The notes beneath the pieces are model-generated. The model had not been told where the DNA came from, made no database searches, and saw only the letters and a list, made by a program, of their open reading frames with translations. From positions 64,001-128,000 of the forward strand of contig JBMFRC010000003.1 of NCBI GenBank assembly GCA_049968235.1: 64,000 nucleotides of DNA. The letters are read 5' to 3'. This DNA comes from Candidatus Hydrogenedens sp. Lineage in GTDB: Bacteria; Hydrogenedentota; Hydrogenedentia; Hydrogenedentales; Hydrogenedentaceae. Every line of letters starts with the position of its first letter. Within the stretch, counting starts at the first letter, position 1. Shown piece by piece: positions 37,545 through 48,242 of this stretch. A program made the position numbers and the translations under genes.

Positions 37545-40256
37545 CTAATGAGCCTCCGCCCAATTATTACCCAAACCGATATCCACTTTCAGAGGGACCC
37601 GCAGAGAAACAACTTTCTCCATAATGGATTTTACCTGTTGAGCAATCTCTTCTGCTGATTTTTTGGGGACTTCTATAAGCAATTCGTCGTGGACTTGAAG
37701 TAAAAGCCATGCACCTACCTCTTTCAAATATGAGTCCACTTCTATCATTGCTTTCTTGATTATATCTGCTGCACTCCCCTGCACTGGCGTGTTTACTGCC
37801 ATCCGTTCCGCTGATTTTCGGATAATTTGGTTGGAACTATCCAGACCGGACAAATATCTCCGCCGATTAAACAAAGTCGTTGTATATCCCCTATTTTTTG
37901 CTTCTTCTATTATCTTATCTAACCATTCCTTAACTCGTGCAAAACGGTTAAAATAGGAGTCAATAAATTTACTTGCTTCGGATGTGCTAAAACCAACCGC
38001 TTTTGATAAACCGTATGGAGTCATTCCATATATAACACCGAAATTAATCGCTTTGGCTTGTCTTCGCTGTTCTTCCGTAACTTTTTCAAAAGGAATGCCA
38101 AATACTTTCGATGCTGTTTCCCGGTGAATATCCAGGTCATTATAAAATGCCTCACAAAGGATAGGGTCCTCCGAGAGATGTGCCAATATACGTAGTTCAA
38201 TTTGAGAATAGTCCGCCGATAGTAATGTCCAGTTTGTATCCGTAGCAACAAAACCTTCGCGTATCCGTTTACCGTATTCCGTGCGGATAGGGATATTCTG
38301 TAAATTGGGGTCGCTACTGGAAAGTCTACCCGTTGCTACAACCGTTTGATTAAAATTGGTATGGATACGACCTGTTTCCGGATTTACCAGTTTGGGTAAT
38401 GCCTCTATATATGTATTGAGTAACTTCTGAAGAGTGCGATATTCGATAATGATGGCAGGTAGAGGATGGAGCATCGCTAATTCTTCTAACACTTCCGTAT
38501 CTGTAGAGGAGCCTGTTTTCGTCTTACGAATCGGCTTTAATCCTAACTTATCGAATAGGACCACCTGTAATTGCTTCGGGGAATTAATATTAAATTCCAT
38601 TCCCGCCTGCTTATAGATTTCCTGCTCTAAATATGCAATTCGTGATCGTAGTTCTTTTTCCAATTCTTTAAATACTTCAAGATTGATAGCAATACCACGT
38701 TCTTCCATTCGGGCTAAGACAGAAATAAGGGGGTGTTCTATTTCTTGATATAAGGTCTCTAATGAATGCTTTTTTAATTTCTCTCGAAATATAGGATATA
38801 AAAGTTGTATCATTTCTGCTCTTCGACAAACTTTTCCAATATCAATTTCAGACATTCCTTCTCCCACAGAAGCATCGGATTTTTCAAGGGACAAAACATA
38901 ATCGCTTAAAAATCGTTCCGCAATCTTTTCAAGCGAATGATGGGTAAAATCTGTATCTGTGAGGTAAGAGGCAACCTTTATATCCATTTCTGCCCCTTGT
39001 AAGTTAATATTATTCTTATGAAGTATTTGGATGGATTTTTTCAAATCAAACCCCAGTTTTTTTAAATTGTTATTTTCAAATATTCCTTTGACTGCCCTCT
39101 GCAGTTCATTAAAATCAAATTCATTAAATTCTTTTATTAAATTTTTGAAGGGAATAAAATAATTTTCTTTTTCTTTGAGGGAAATTACAATACCTACTAA
39201 CTGCTCTTTTAGTATACCATTATTTAGAGTAGCGAGGTCAAATGAAAAATAACCTGCTTTTTCAATTTTTTCGAATATGTTATTTAATAACTCTGTTTCC
39301 TTAACAATAGTATAACATAATTTTATTTCTTTTGCCGTTTTTTCCTCTACTTTATTTAAATTTAATTCCCGCACTAAAGATAGAAAAGAAAGGTTTAATA
39401 GTTCGTCTCTGAGTATTTCGTTATCTATAGGTTTTCGTTGTAACACATCCAGGCTTATATTCAACGGTACATCTTTCCGTAAAGTTAGTAAATCTCTACA
39501 GGCGAAGACTTGCTCTTTTTTTTCAATTAATGAATTTTTTATTTTACCGGAAAGCGTCTGTATATTTTCATACAGTTTTTCAAGGGAACCAAATTGTTCC
39601 ATCAATTTTTTTGCCGTTTTATCGCCGATACCTGGAACACCAGGAATATTATCTGCGGTATCACCGATAAGAGCAAGTGCATCGGGGACATGAATTGGGT
39701 CTGTTCCAAACCGTGCCTGAACTTCTGTCTCGGAATACCATTTGCCTTTTTCTCCATGCGTGGGGTCAAACATCTTCGTATGCGGACCTATTAATTGCAT
39801 AAGGTCTTTATCAGAAGAAACAATAACCACTTCCAAATCTTCCGATTGTGTATTTTTTGCTATCGTTGCAATAATGTCATCTGCTTCAAATCCCTCTACA
39901 AAGATTAGAGGAATATTCAAACACTCCGCTAAATGGATTGCCATCGGTATCTGGTATAAAAATTCCTGCGGGGGTTCCGGTCTATTGGCTTTATACTGAG
40001 GAAATTTCTCCTCTCGAAAGGTTTTTCCCGGTGCGTCGAAAGCAATAACTACATAATCCGGTTCATGTTCCCTCAAAACTTTTAATAGTGCACGTGTAAA
40101 ACCGTAAACAGCATTGGTAAACTTTCCGTCCTTACTCCTCAAAGGTACCTTAATAGCAAAAAAAGAACGGAACAGAAAAGCCATTCCATCAAAAAGATAT
40201 AGTTTTTTCTGTTTAGGGATTTGTTGCTGATATGAAAATAAATCTACTTCGGTCAT
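37545..40256 (-). CDS. polA: DNA polymerase I
   Basis: 5'-3' exonuclease N-terminus, 3'-5' exonuclease-like middle, polymerase motifs DYSQIELRILAH and QVHDELLIE. Confidence 0.9.
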   Translation of the reverse strand: MTEVDLFSYQQQIPKQKKLYLFDGMAFLFRSFFAIKVPLRSKDGKFTNAVYGFTRALLKVLREHEPDYVVIAFDAPGKTFREEKFPQYKANRPEPPQEFLYQIPMAIHLAECLNIPLIFVEGFEADDIIATIAKNTQSEDLEVVIVSSDKDLMQLIGPHTKMFDPTHGEKGKWYSETEVQARFGTDPIHVPDALALIGDTADNIPGVPGIGDKTAKKLMEQFGSLEKLYENIQTLSGKIKNSLIEKKEQVFACRDLLTLRKDVPLNISLDVLQRKPIDNEILRDELLNLSFLSLVRELNLNKVEEKTAKEIKLCYTIVKETELLNNIFEKIEKAGYFSFDLATLNNGILKEQLVGIVISLKEKENYFIPFKNLIKEFNEFDFNELQRAVKGIFENNNLKKLGFDLKKSIQILHKNNINLQGAEMDIKVASYLTDTDFTHHSLEKIAERFLSDYVLSLEKSDASVGEGMSEIDIGKVCRRAEMIQLLYPIFREKLKKHSLETLYQEIEHPLISVLARMEERGIAINLEVFKELEKELRSRIAYLEQEIYKQAGMEFNINSPKQLQVVLFDKLGLKPIRKTKTGSSTDTEVLEELAMLHPLPAIIIEYRTLQKLLNTYIEALPKLVNPETGRIHTNFNQTVVATGRLSSSDPNLQNIPIRTEYGKRIREGFVATDTNWTLLSADYSQIELRILAHLSEDPILCEAFYNDLDIHRETASKVFGIPFEKVTEEQRRQAKAINFGVIYGMTPYGLSKAVGFSTSEASKFIDSYFNRFARVKEWLDKIIEEAKNRGYTTTLFNRRRYLSGLDSSNQIIRKSAERMAVNTPVQGSAADIIKKAMIEVDSYLKEVGAWLLLQVHDELLIEVPKKSAEEIAQQVKSIMEKVVSLRVPLKVDIGLGNNWAEAH

Positions 40257-40341
40257 TAGAACGCCTTCTTCTCATTTGGCAATTTGGGTATTACTTCTTC
40301 ATTCATAAATTACTGAACAAAGTTTTTCCTTCAATTCACAA

Positions 40342-41460
40342 TTATTTTGAGGGACTTATGCCCAGAGTTCTTAAAATTTCAAAGGCTGTCTGTTTCCCTG
40401 CTCCGGGGGAACCTAATTTCTCCCTTAACTGTTTAAAATCATATATCATACTTCCCCTCAAAGTCGAATTTTGAACAAGTGAAACTAATCGGTTGTATAT
40501 ATGTAATGGAGTGGCATCGTTTTGTATAAGTTCCGGAACAACTTCTCGTCCCATTAATATATTAACAATACCAATATGTGAAATGTTTACCAGCAATCGT
40601 GCAATGTAATATGTTAATGGATGGGTGCGGTAAATAAGAACAAAAGGCATTCCAGAAAGTGCGGATTCCAATGTTGCCGTTCCCGAAGATACGATACCCG
40701 CATGAGATATTTGCAATACCTGCTCTATTCCTCCTTCATAAATTTCAATAGCAAAATCGCCAGATATGTCTCTAATAAGTTCTACACAACTCCTGTTGAA
40801 CGCAGGCACGACAAATTTTGTTTGGGGATATACAGATAGAAACTGTTTTGCTGTCTCAAGCATAACAGGAAAATTTCTTTTTATTTCTTGAGGTCTACTA
40901 CCCGGCAATAAACCGATTGTATAAGGGGGGGTATAATCCAGTTCTTTTCGCATCGTAGGTATTTTGTCTAATAGAGGATGCCCTACATAAACACATTCAA
41001 CACCTTCTTGTTCATATATCGGCACTTCAAATGGGAAAATAACCAGCACTTTTCGAACCCATCGGGCAATTTTTTTCACCCGATTTTTTTTCCATGCCCA
41101 TACCTGTGGGCTTATGTAATAAATAATAGGGATATTTAACTCTTTTATCATTGGGGCGATATGCAAATTAAAGCCAGGATAGTCCACCAGAACGACCCCG
41201 GTCGGATTATGCTCTTTAATCCAATTCAGTGTATTTTTCATTAATTGTCTTATATCCCCTAAATGTTTTACAACCTCCACAAAGCCCATAATCGCATTGG
41301 TACATAAATCATACAACAACACGAAACCTTCCTTCTCCATATTTTGTCCCCCTAAACCCACATGTTTGACCTCCGGTGCCAATTGCCGCAATTCGCGTAT
41401 GACATTGGCACAATGCAAATCGGCTGACGGGTCACCTACCACCCAGAAAATTGTGCTCAC
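40342..41460 (-). CDS. lpxB: lipid-A-disaccharide synthase
   Basis: N-terminus IFWVVGDPSADLHCANVIRELRQ typical of LpxB; 4-nt overlap with upstream gene. Confidence 0.85.
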   Translation of the reverse strand: MSTIFWVVGDPSADLHCANVIRELRQLAPEVKHVGLGGQNMEKEGFVLLYDLCTNAIMGFVEVVKHLGDIRQLMKNTLNWIKEHNPTGVVLVDYPGFNLHIAPMIKELNIPIIYYISPQVWAWKKNRVKKIARWVRKVLVIFPFEVPIYEQEGVECVYVGHPLLDKIPTMRKELDYTPPYTIGLLPGSRPQEIKRNFPVMLETAKQFLSVYPQTKFVVPAFNRSCVELIRDISGDFAIEIYEGGIEQVLQISHAGIVSSGTATLESALSGMPFVLIYRTHPLTYYIARLLVNISHIGIVNILMGREVVPELIQNDATPLHIYNRLVSLVQNSTLRGSMIYDFKQLREKLGSPGAGKQTAFEILRTLGISPSK

Positions 41461-42422
41461 TTGTAACTCCGTATTTGTTCAACAATTTGACAAGAAAGTT
41501 CCAATGCTCTTAAACCCTCTTCCCCGGATACTTCGGGAGGTGTTCCATCGCGAACCGCAGAGACAAATGCCTTTATCTCTGCCTGTAAAGGCTCTTCATT
41601 GGATACTTGAATTGGTGTTATCTCTATAAACTTCATCGGATTACTATTCGGTGGAATGTCTCCTCCCTTTTTACGATACACAAGTAAACTTTGCGAACTG
41701 TAATCGGTTGAAACATATTCACTATCCGAGAATATGCGTATTTTACGCATCCGGTCCATCGAGACACGACTTGCTGTTAAATTGGCAACACAACCCGACT
41801 GAAAACGAAGACGCACATTTGCAATGTCTTCAGAATCAGAAAAAACCGATACGCCCACAGCATCCATAGATATTACAGAACTACGGGTAAGAGTTAGAAT
41901 AATATCAATATCATGTATCATTAAATCGTGAACCACACTCACATCGGTACCCCTACCCGGGAAAGGGCTTAAACGATGGCACTCAATAAAACGCGAATTG
42001 TTTATTAAATTGAACAAAGCACGAACTGCACCATTAAATCTTTCCACATGCCCTACCTGCAAGATACGATTATTCTTTTGGGCAACAGATACCATCTTTT
42101 TCCCCTCTTCTACCGTTGCCGAAATGGGCTTTTCTACTAATACATGAACCCCTGCTTCCAGTAATGGTATCGCCACATTCGCATGAGTAGATGTCGGAGT
42201 TACTACTGAAACAAGGTCTAACGGTTCCTTCAAGATTTCATCTATGGATGAAAAAACCGAAACCTGAAAGTCCGTCTTTGCTTTCAACCTCCGCTCTTCA
42301 GAAATATCTACAACCCCAACCAATTCTACATCCGGAAGAGTCGAATAAATACGGACATGGTGAAATCCTAAATATCCAAATCCAATAACTCCCACTCGCA
42401 ATTTACGGTTCTTTTTACTCAT
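41457..42422 (-). CDS. Gfo/Idh/MocA family oxidoreductase located between lpxA and lpxB (GnnA-like position)
   Basis: Rossmann LRVGVIGFGYLGFHH; VLVEKPI motif; gene context within the lipid A cluster. Confidence 0.7.
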   Translation of the reverse strand: MSKKNRKLRVGVIGFGYLGFHHVRIYSTLPDVELVGVVDISEERRLKAKTDFQVSVFSSIDEILKEPLDLVSVVTPTSTHANVAIPLLEAGVHVLVEKPISATVEEGKKMVSVAQKNNRILQVGHVERFNGAVRALFNLINNSRFIECHRLSPFPGRGTDVSVVHDLMIHDIDIILTLTRSSVISMDAVGVSVFSDSEDIANVRLRFQSGCVANLTASRVSMDRMRKIRIFSDSEYVSTDYSSQSLLVYRKKGGDIPPNSNPMKFIEITPIQVSNEEPLQAEIKAFVSAVRDGTPPEVSGEEGLRALELSCQIVEQIRSYK

Positions 42423-42494
42423 TAATTTCTTTCCAGATTAAACTTAAAACTTTATCCTTTAACCCCAAGATATTCTATCACACCAAAACAGAAA

Positions 42495-43337
42495 TTACAC
42501 CAACTCATCACTGATAGGGTTAACCTGTGCTTCCTGAGGAGATAAAGGACCTTTAGATAAGCCTCGCTTTGAATTTTTAATAAAATCAAGGATAACCCTC
42601 CGTTCCGGGCTATCTTCGACTTGTTCCAGAATGGTTTTAACTGCCTGTTGTGTGTTTAGATTGGAACGGTAAAGAAGACGATACATCTGTCGTATCCGAC
42701 CGATAGATTCCGTACTAAAACCCGCTCGTTGTAAACCGATTACATTGGGTCCAAAACATTGGGCAGGGTAGCCTTCTGTAATCATATACGGTAAAACATC
42801 TTTTCCTACACGGGACATTGCTCCTACAAAAGAGTATTGTCCCACCGTACAGAACTGATGCACACCACTTAATCCACCAATGGACGCATAGTTCTCTACT
42901 GTAACATGCCCCGCAAGAGCAGAATTATTTGCCATAATTACACGATTCCCCACATGGCAATCATGGGCAACATGGGTGCAAGCCATAAAAAGACAATCAT
43001 TACCTATAACTGTTGCTTTTTCGTCTGTATCATCTGCATAGACCGTGCTGGAACTAATGGTTACAAATTCACGAAAAATGTTGTTATCTCCAATCAGTGT
43101 TTTCCCATACCGTCCCTTCACATGTTTTAGGTCTTGCGGGAGAATCCCTATTTGTGCACCTGCAAAGCAATGATTGTTTTTCCCCATTACTGTGCCAGAA
43201 CCAATGACACAATGGGGACCGATTACCGAGTTATCACCAATAACAACATGGGCTTCAATAATTGCATAAGGATGGATTTGAATATCCTTACCCAATTCAA
43301 CAGACGGATGTACAATTGCAGTCGGATGAATACTCAC
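42495..43337 (-). CDS. lpxA: acyl-ACP--UDP-N-acetylglucosamine O-acyltransferase
   Basis: N-terminus MSIHPTAIVHPSVELGKDIQIHPYAIIEAHVVIGDNSVIGPHCVIG hexapeptide repeats characteristic of LpxA. Confidence 0.85.
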   Translation of the reverse strand: MSIHPTAIVHPSVELGKDIQIHPYAIIEAHVVIGDNSVIGPHCVIGSGTVMGKNNHCFAGAQIGILPQDLKHVKGRYGKTLIGDNNIFREFVTISSSTVYADDTDEKATVIGNDCLFMACTHVAHDCHVGNRVIMANNSALAGHVTVENYASIGGLSGVHQFCTVGQYSFVGAMSRVGKDVLPYMITEGYPAQCFGPNVIGLQRAGFSTESIGRIRQMYRLLYRSNLNTQQAVKTILEQVEDSPERRVILDFIKNSKRGLSKGPLSPQEAQVNPISDELV

Positions 43338-43375
43338 GCTTTTCCCTTTCCGTTTTGATTGTATCTCATAATTAT

Positions 43376-44534
43376 CTATCGCACAGGGATACCTGTTTCA
43401 AATATACGATGGAATTCGTCAATATAAAAACGGGCAATTTCATGATTGTCAATAATTATAACATTTTCATCATTCCGTTTTTCCGCTGAATCTGTAAAAT
43501 TATAACTCCCTGTTAAAACTTTTTGTTCATCAAAAATCATAACTTTGTGATGCATGTTCTTGGGTTTGCTATCCCAGCGAACATTTATACCCGCATGTTT
43601 CAAATATTCGTCCTTAGAAGCAATATTCCCCGCATTCCTTTTTTCAAATACCCCCTGAATATCCACCCCTCTATCTTTTGCTCGAACGAAACTATTAGCA
43701 ATAGATTCTGAAGTAAACGAAAAAGCCATAAATCGAATCGACTTATTCGTATTTTGAACCTCTTCAATAATTCTTCTTTCTACTCCATCTTCCGGTGCGA
43801 ACATGTTTAGCAAAGTGGTGTCCTTATCAATATATATTCTTTGATACTTCGTATTTCGGGGAGATTTCATGCCGTAATGATGTTCAAAAAACATTTCATA
43901 GAATTCGTTAATATAATTTTCCGCAAGTTGCGGGGATTGAATTAAGACACTATTATTGTTATTTAAAAAAAGACCATTATAAGTCATGTTTGTCGAACCT
44001 GTCCATACATAAAAGTTGTCCACTATAAAAAACTTATTATGCATAAGTGCTGCGTTATTATCCTCAACCACAGAAATACCTACCGATTTGCATCTCAAAA
44101 TACCTTCCTGTTGGCTATTATCTCGCTCTATAACCAATCTCACATCAACCCCTTGCTGAAATTTTTGAATAATCAATTCCACAATGGGTTCATAATCAAG
44201 TTCATATATCGCACCATAAATACTTTTTTTTCGCCGAATTTAAAAATGAGATGAGTCCCGATACAATCTCTACCTCCTCCCCTTTTACTCCCGGTGATGT
44301 GAAGTAAACAGAAATAGAACGACCTTGCCACGCTAAATATGACTTTTGCCTCTCTTTTGTTTCAATAGAATTAGAAACAGGGAAAAAGACATGGTTTTGT
44401 TGTTCTAAAGCACAGAGAAATAAAATCGAGATAAAGGCACAAAATAAAAAACTGAAAAATAGAAATATAGAAAATCTTCTTTTCTCAGAAAAACTTTTCT
44501 TCAATCCGAATTTACTGTAATAAAAAAAAGACAT
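43376..44534 (-). pseudogene. phospholipase D / HKD nuclease family gene split into two ORFs by a frameshift in an A8 (T8 on + strand, 44224-44231) homopolymer
   Basis: Upstream ORF has signal/TM + SVYFTSPG; removing one A fuses ...SAKKSIYGAIYELDYEPIVELIIQKFQQGVDVRLVIERD (PLD consensus); two HKD motifs HNKFFIVD...GSTN and HHKVMIFD...GSYNFT. Confidence 0.6.
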
Positions 44535-45192
44535 TACAACTATTCTGTTTATGCTTTAATAATTAGATGAAAATTTAATATTGATGCTTAAATAATTTAT
44601 CCTATCTATCCTGCCTATTTCATTTTTCCAATCTACCCCCTATCACGAAATAATCCTTACCTGCCTACCACATTTCATTTCTATTCTTTTCGCCAGCGAA
44701 ACACTGATCATACTCCCCAAAACACAAGATAATTGCCAATAATAACCTCCATAACAACAAATCATTCACCCATTCAGATATTTTTATTTATTCCATCACG
44801 ACATTTTCTATACATGCAAAATAATGTATAGGCGAAATATTTTCTCCCCATTCTTGTAATTGTGATTTATTCATTGGCTTTGTGAGGGCATGTGTGTTTG
44901 GGGGATTACAATGATTGGATTCATTATTTGTATGTTCCGATTTTATACCGGACAGATACATACAGGCACATGTAAAACTGAGGATTTATTAGAGCAAATA
45001 ATTATAAGTCCCTCCCAAAAGACACATTTGCCATGCAGGCGGGGTTGGGATGCGACTATAAAAACCGCCCGTCTGGCAAGACTTTCAGTGGAGGTGATGT
45101 AAGGAGGTTGAAGTTTTTTGTTATCAGGTGTTTAAGTTAGGTGGAGGGCAAAGATTGTGCTTTATTTATAGAGGATATTTTTGTAAGAGGGT

Positions 45193-46464
45193 ATGGATAT
45201 GATACGAGGTATTTTTTCGGATTATCGTTGGCGGAACTGGTTTCGGATATTTTTTTCTTCGCGTGAGAATTCGAAGATGAGGTCGAGGTCGGTTTTGCGT
45301 CGTTCTCTTGTTTTCAACGCGCCGAATGGTTATTTACAGGGTTTTGTTCCGCTTCCGGATAATGTTCCCTTTCAGATGTTAGAGGTGTATCGTTATCTTC
45401 GGGATAATATTCCGGATTTGTCTGATGCGGTGTGGACATGGAAACGGTTATGCAATACGGGTTTTAGGCTTTCATGGTCGGAGAGAGTATCGGAATCGTT
45501 AAAACGGGATGGACAGGTAATTATTGAACAGTTGAATCGTCGCATGAATCATGGTGAAGGTGGTTTGACGCATCTGTTGGATATTTTGTATACATCCTTG
45601 TTTACATATGGTGCTTCTGCTATAGAAATTGTATTTTCGCCGCGAGGGAGTCAGATTTATGATGTGGTTCCGGTGGATGTATGGACGGTTCGTTTTCGTT
45701 GGGAGGATGGGGATTGGCAGGCGTATCAGGTGTATGCGGAAGAGGTGATACGGCTCCCTCGCGAACGGTTTGTGTATATTGCTCTGGACCGTGATGGAAC
45801 CAATCCGTATGGTCGTTCTTTATTTCGTTCTCTACCTTTTGTGGTACGGATACAACAGCGGTTAATGGAGGATATGTCTCGTGCTATGCATAATGCGGGT
45901 TGGGCTCGTATGCATGTGCAGTATAAGCCTGAACCGCGTGGGACGGATGAAACGGAGGAGGAGTATCAGAGTCGTTTGGATGCAAATTTAGAGCAGGTGC
46001 GGAATCAGATGAGTAATTTGGGGGTAGACCAGAATGTTGTTACTTTTGATAATATTGGCATATCGGTTGTTCAGGGGGCACAGCGTTTTTCGGCGTATTA
46101 TGAAACACAGCGTGCTATTGAGGAACAAATCATTACGGGTGCGCATATGATGCCTATTTTGTTGGGTCGGAATTATGGGACGACGGAGACTTACGGCACG
46201 GTGCAATATGAAATCATGAATCGACAGGTGGATACCATTAATCAATATTTAGCTCGTGTTCTGGAACGGATATATCGTCTGGAATTGTCGATGCATGGGA
46301 TAGAGGCGGAATTTACTGTGCAACCCCAATCGAATAGCACTGCGGATACGGTTAAAAAATCTTTAATAGAAACGAGACGAATTAATACGCTTCTTCAATT
46401 AGTACAATCGGGAATCATTTCTAAGGAAGATGTGCGTAAGGAAGTAGAAGAGATTTTACATTAG
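45193..46464 (+). CDS. putative phage portal-like protein (first gene of phage-head-like module)
   Basis: 423 aa, Arg-rich N-terminus; position at head of a tightly packed SD-rich operon with a capsid-like gene, M15 peptidase and holin-like gene; no definitive motif. Confidence 0.35.
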   Translation: MDMIRGIFSDYRWRNWFRIFFSSRENSKMRSRSVLRRSLVFNAPNGYLQGFVPLPDNVPFQMLEVYRYLRDNIPDLSDAVWTWKRLCNTGFRLSWSERVSESLKRDGQVIIEQLNRRMNHGEGGLTHLLDILYTSLFTYGASAIEIVFSPRGSQIYDVVPVDVWTVRFRWEDGDWQAYQVYAEEVIRLPRERFVYIALDRDGTNPYGRSLFRSLPFVVRIQQRLMEDMSRAMHNAGWARMHVQYKPEPRGTDETEEEYQSRLDANLEQVRNQMSNLGVDQNVVTFDNIGISVVQGAQRFSAYYETQRAIEEQIITGAHMMPILLGRNYGTTETYGTVQYEIMNRQVDTINQYLARVLERIYRLELSMHGIEAEFTVQPQSNSTADTVKKSLIETRRINTLLQLVQSGIISKEDVRKEVEEILH

Positions 46465-46508
46465 GATAAGGTTTTAAGTTTGATTTAACGAACAGAGGAG
46501 GCTTTTTT

Positions 46509-47225
46509 ATGGGTATGCTTGAAAGGCTGTGTTTTTGTGAGCGTTTGGGTGAAGTGGTAAACAACCATTCCGGATTTGCTTCTGAGGGATGGGATAGAGA
46601 AGCGGAGTTATCTGAGATTAATCGTTATACTTTGCGGTCGTTAACAGAGGATGAATATGTTGTTTTTACACTGGACCTTTGCCATAATCAGATTGACCGT
46701 CATTTCAGTTGTTTTCCGGAGAATGAACTGGAAGTGATAGATAAGAAGGTGCCGGGCAGACCTTTAATGGAACGGCACGATTTAAGGGGATCTCTACCGC
46801 GAGGGACTTTTTTCTATTCCCGTCTTCATCGGCAGGGAGATGTTCTATCGGTTCGACCTAAGGTTTATGTATTGAGATTGGAGGAGAATCGGAATTTCAT
46901 TGCCAATATTGAGGGAGGTATTTACAGGGAAACTTCCATTGGTTTTTCTTTTTTATTTCCGGAATGTTCCATTTGTGGTCGTGATATACGGCGCTGTGTG
47001 CATGTTCCTGGTGAGAAATATGAGGGTTCTCTGTGTTTTTATCGTATGCGGGGTGTTCAGGATGTATTGGAGGGGTCTGTGGTAGCGTGTGGTTCACAGG
47101 GCACTTCGTTTGTATCAGATGTGCGAGCACACATATTAGAGCAATTTGGTGAAAAGGGAGGGATTCTGCTTCAACGGAGTTATTTTGGTGGGATGGATAA
47201 AAATAAGGCATGGTGTAAGGAATAG
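46509..47225 (+). CDS. hypothetical Cys-rich protein (position of head maturation protease/scaffold)
   Basis: SD GAGGAGG; CFCERLGE and CSICGRDIRRCVH clusters; no clear catalytic motif. Confidence 0.3.
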   Translation: MGMLERLCFCERLGEVVNNHSGFASEGWDREAELSEINRYTLRSLTEDEYVVFTLDLCHNQIDRHFSCFPENELEVIDKKVPGRPLMERHDLRGSLPRGTFFYSRLHRQGDVLSVRPKVYVLRLEENRNFIANIEGGIYRETSIGFSFLFPECSICGRDIRRCVHVPGEKYEGSLCFYRMRGVQDVLEGSVVACGSQGTSFVSDVRAHILEQFGEKGGILLQRSYFGGMDKNKAWCKE

Positions 47226-47273
47226 GTTTTCAATGAATACAAAAGGCGATAGAACAAGAGAGGAGGTGATTTT

Positions 47274-47471
47274 ATGCTCAGACCATCCACGGTAGCCAGG
47301 CGGAGAAGTAAGTATGATGCGATAAATAATTTATGTGAAGATGTAAGCGAATTGCGGGAGCGTATTTTGCGGTTGGAGCAGTCGTTATTTCGTGGGCTAT
47401 GGCTTTTGATAGCCAATCTGCTTGGGGTTGTGTTTTCTTTAATACAACAGGGGATATTTTTAAACCATTGA
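47274..47471 (+). CDS. small protein with coiled-coil N-terminus and hydrophobic C-terminus
   Basis: SD GAGGAGG 6 nt upstream; ELRERILRLEQSLF then LWLLIANLLGVVFSLI. Confidence 0.3.
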   Translation: MLRPSTVARRRSKYDAINNLCEDVSELRERILRLEQSLFRGLWLLIANLLGVVFSLIQQGIFLNH

Positions 47472-47488
47472 AGAAAGGAGGTGGTTTT

Positions 47489-48214
47489 ATGTTTTGCAGG
47501 ATGATAGAGCATCAAGGAGAAATCCCTGTGGATGTTCCGCTTCATTCCGAAGGTCGTTTTGTGGTTCATGCGCATAAGGACCGGCAGGGTCATCATCTTG
47601 ACTTGCGGATAGAACAGAGGGGCTATCTTCTTGGCTGGCGAATTGATGATACCGAATTACGAAGTGAACTTTGGGGAACGGAGAAACTTCCTCATGACTT
47701 TTCGTGGCTGGATGAGGAAAGACCGGAGGGAACAGGAGTTACGGGTGATTATCGCTGGTTCAGTCAGGGTGATGGAAATGGTTATCTGAATTTGCGGATG
47801 AGTAATAATGAGCAACGCACATATCGTGTGGAGCGATGGGGCGGTTTTTCCATTCGTTTTCAGCGGGCATTGTGGCAAAGTATGCGGAAGTGGCAATTAT
47901 CGCCTTTACAGGTTCTTTCTGTTGTAGAAGATGGGATTAATGCCCGTGAATACGCAATTCGGCGGATATGTGGTTTAGGCAGGTTTCTTGAAGGGGAAAA
48001 TTTTGATGCATCCCAATGGGAAAAGGTTTTATTGCGGTGTTCGTTAAATGAAATCTATGCCCATTTAAGGAAATGGGAAAACCGTCTGGAAAGTCAAAAC
48101 CCACCCCAAAGAATTTCACAGCCGGAAAAGGTTGATGAAGTTTGTGTAGAAAAAGGGAATTTACGAACAAAGCCTGACCTGTTAAATTTAGTGCGTGGTC
48201 AGGGGAAAGTATAA
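47489..48214 (+). CDS. LigD 3'-phosphoesterase (PE) domain-like protein with C-terminal extension
   Basis: SD GGAGGTGG; RFVVHAHKDRQGHHLDLRIEQRGYLLGWRI and KLPHDFSWLDEE match the LigD-PE motifs HxH..H.D.R.E / DHP.DY as recalled. Confidence 0.4.
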   Translation: MFCRMIEHQGEIPVDVPLHSEGRFVVHAHKDRQGHHLDLRIEQRGYLLGWRIDDTELRSELWGTEKLPHDFSWLDEERPEGTGVTGDYRWFSQGDGNGYLNLRMSNNEQRTYRVERWGGFSIRFQRALWQSMRKWQLSPLQVLSVVEDGINAREYAIRRICGLGRFLEGENFDASQWEKVLLRCSLNEIYAHLRKWENRLESQNPPQRISQPEKVDEVCVEKGNLRTKPDLLNLVRGQGKV

Positions 48215-48242
48215 ATAACAGGAAGAAGAAAGGAGGCAAATT

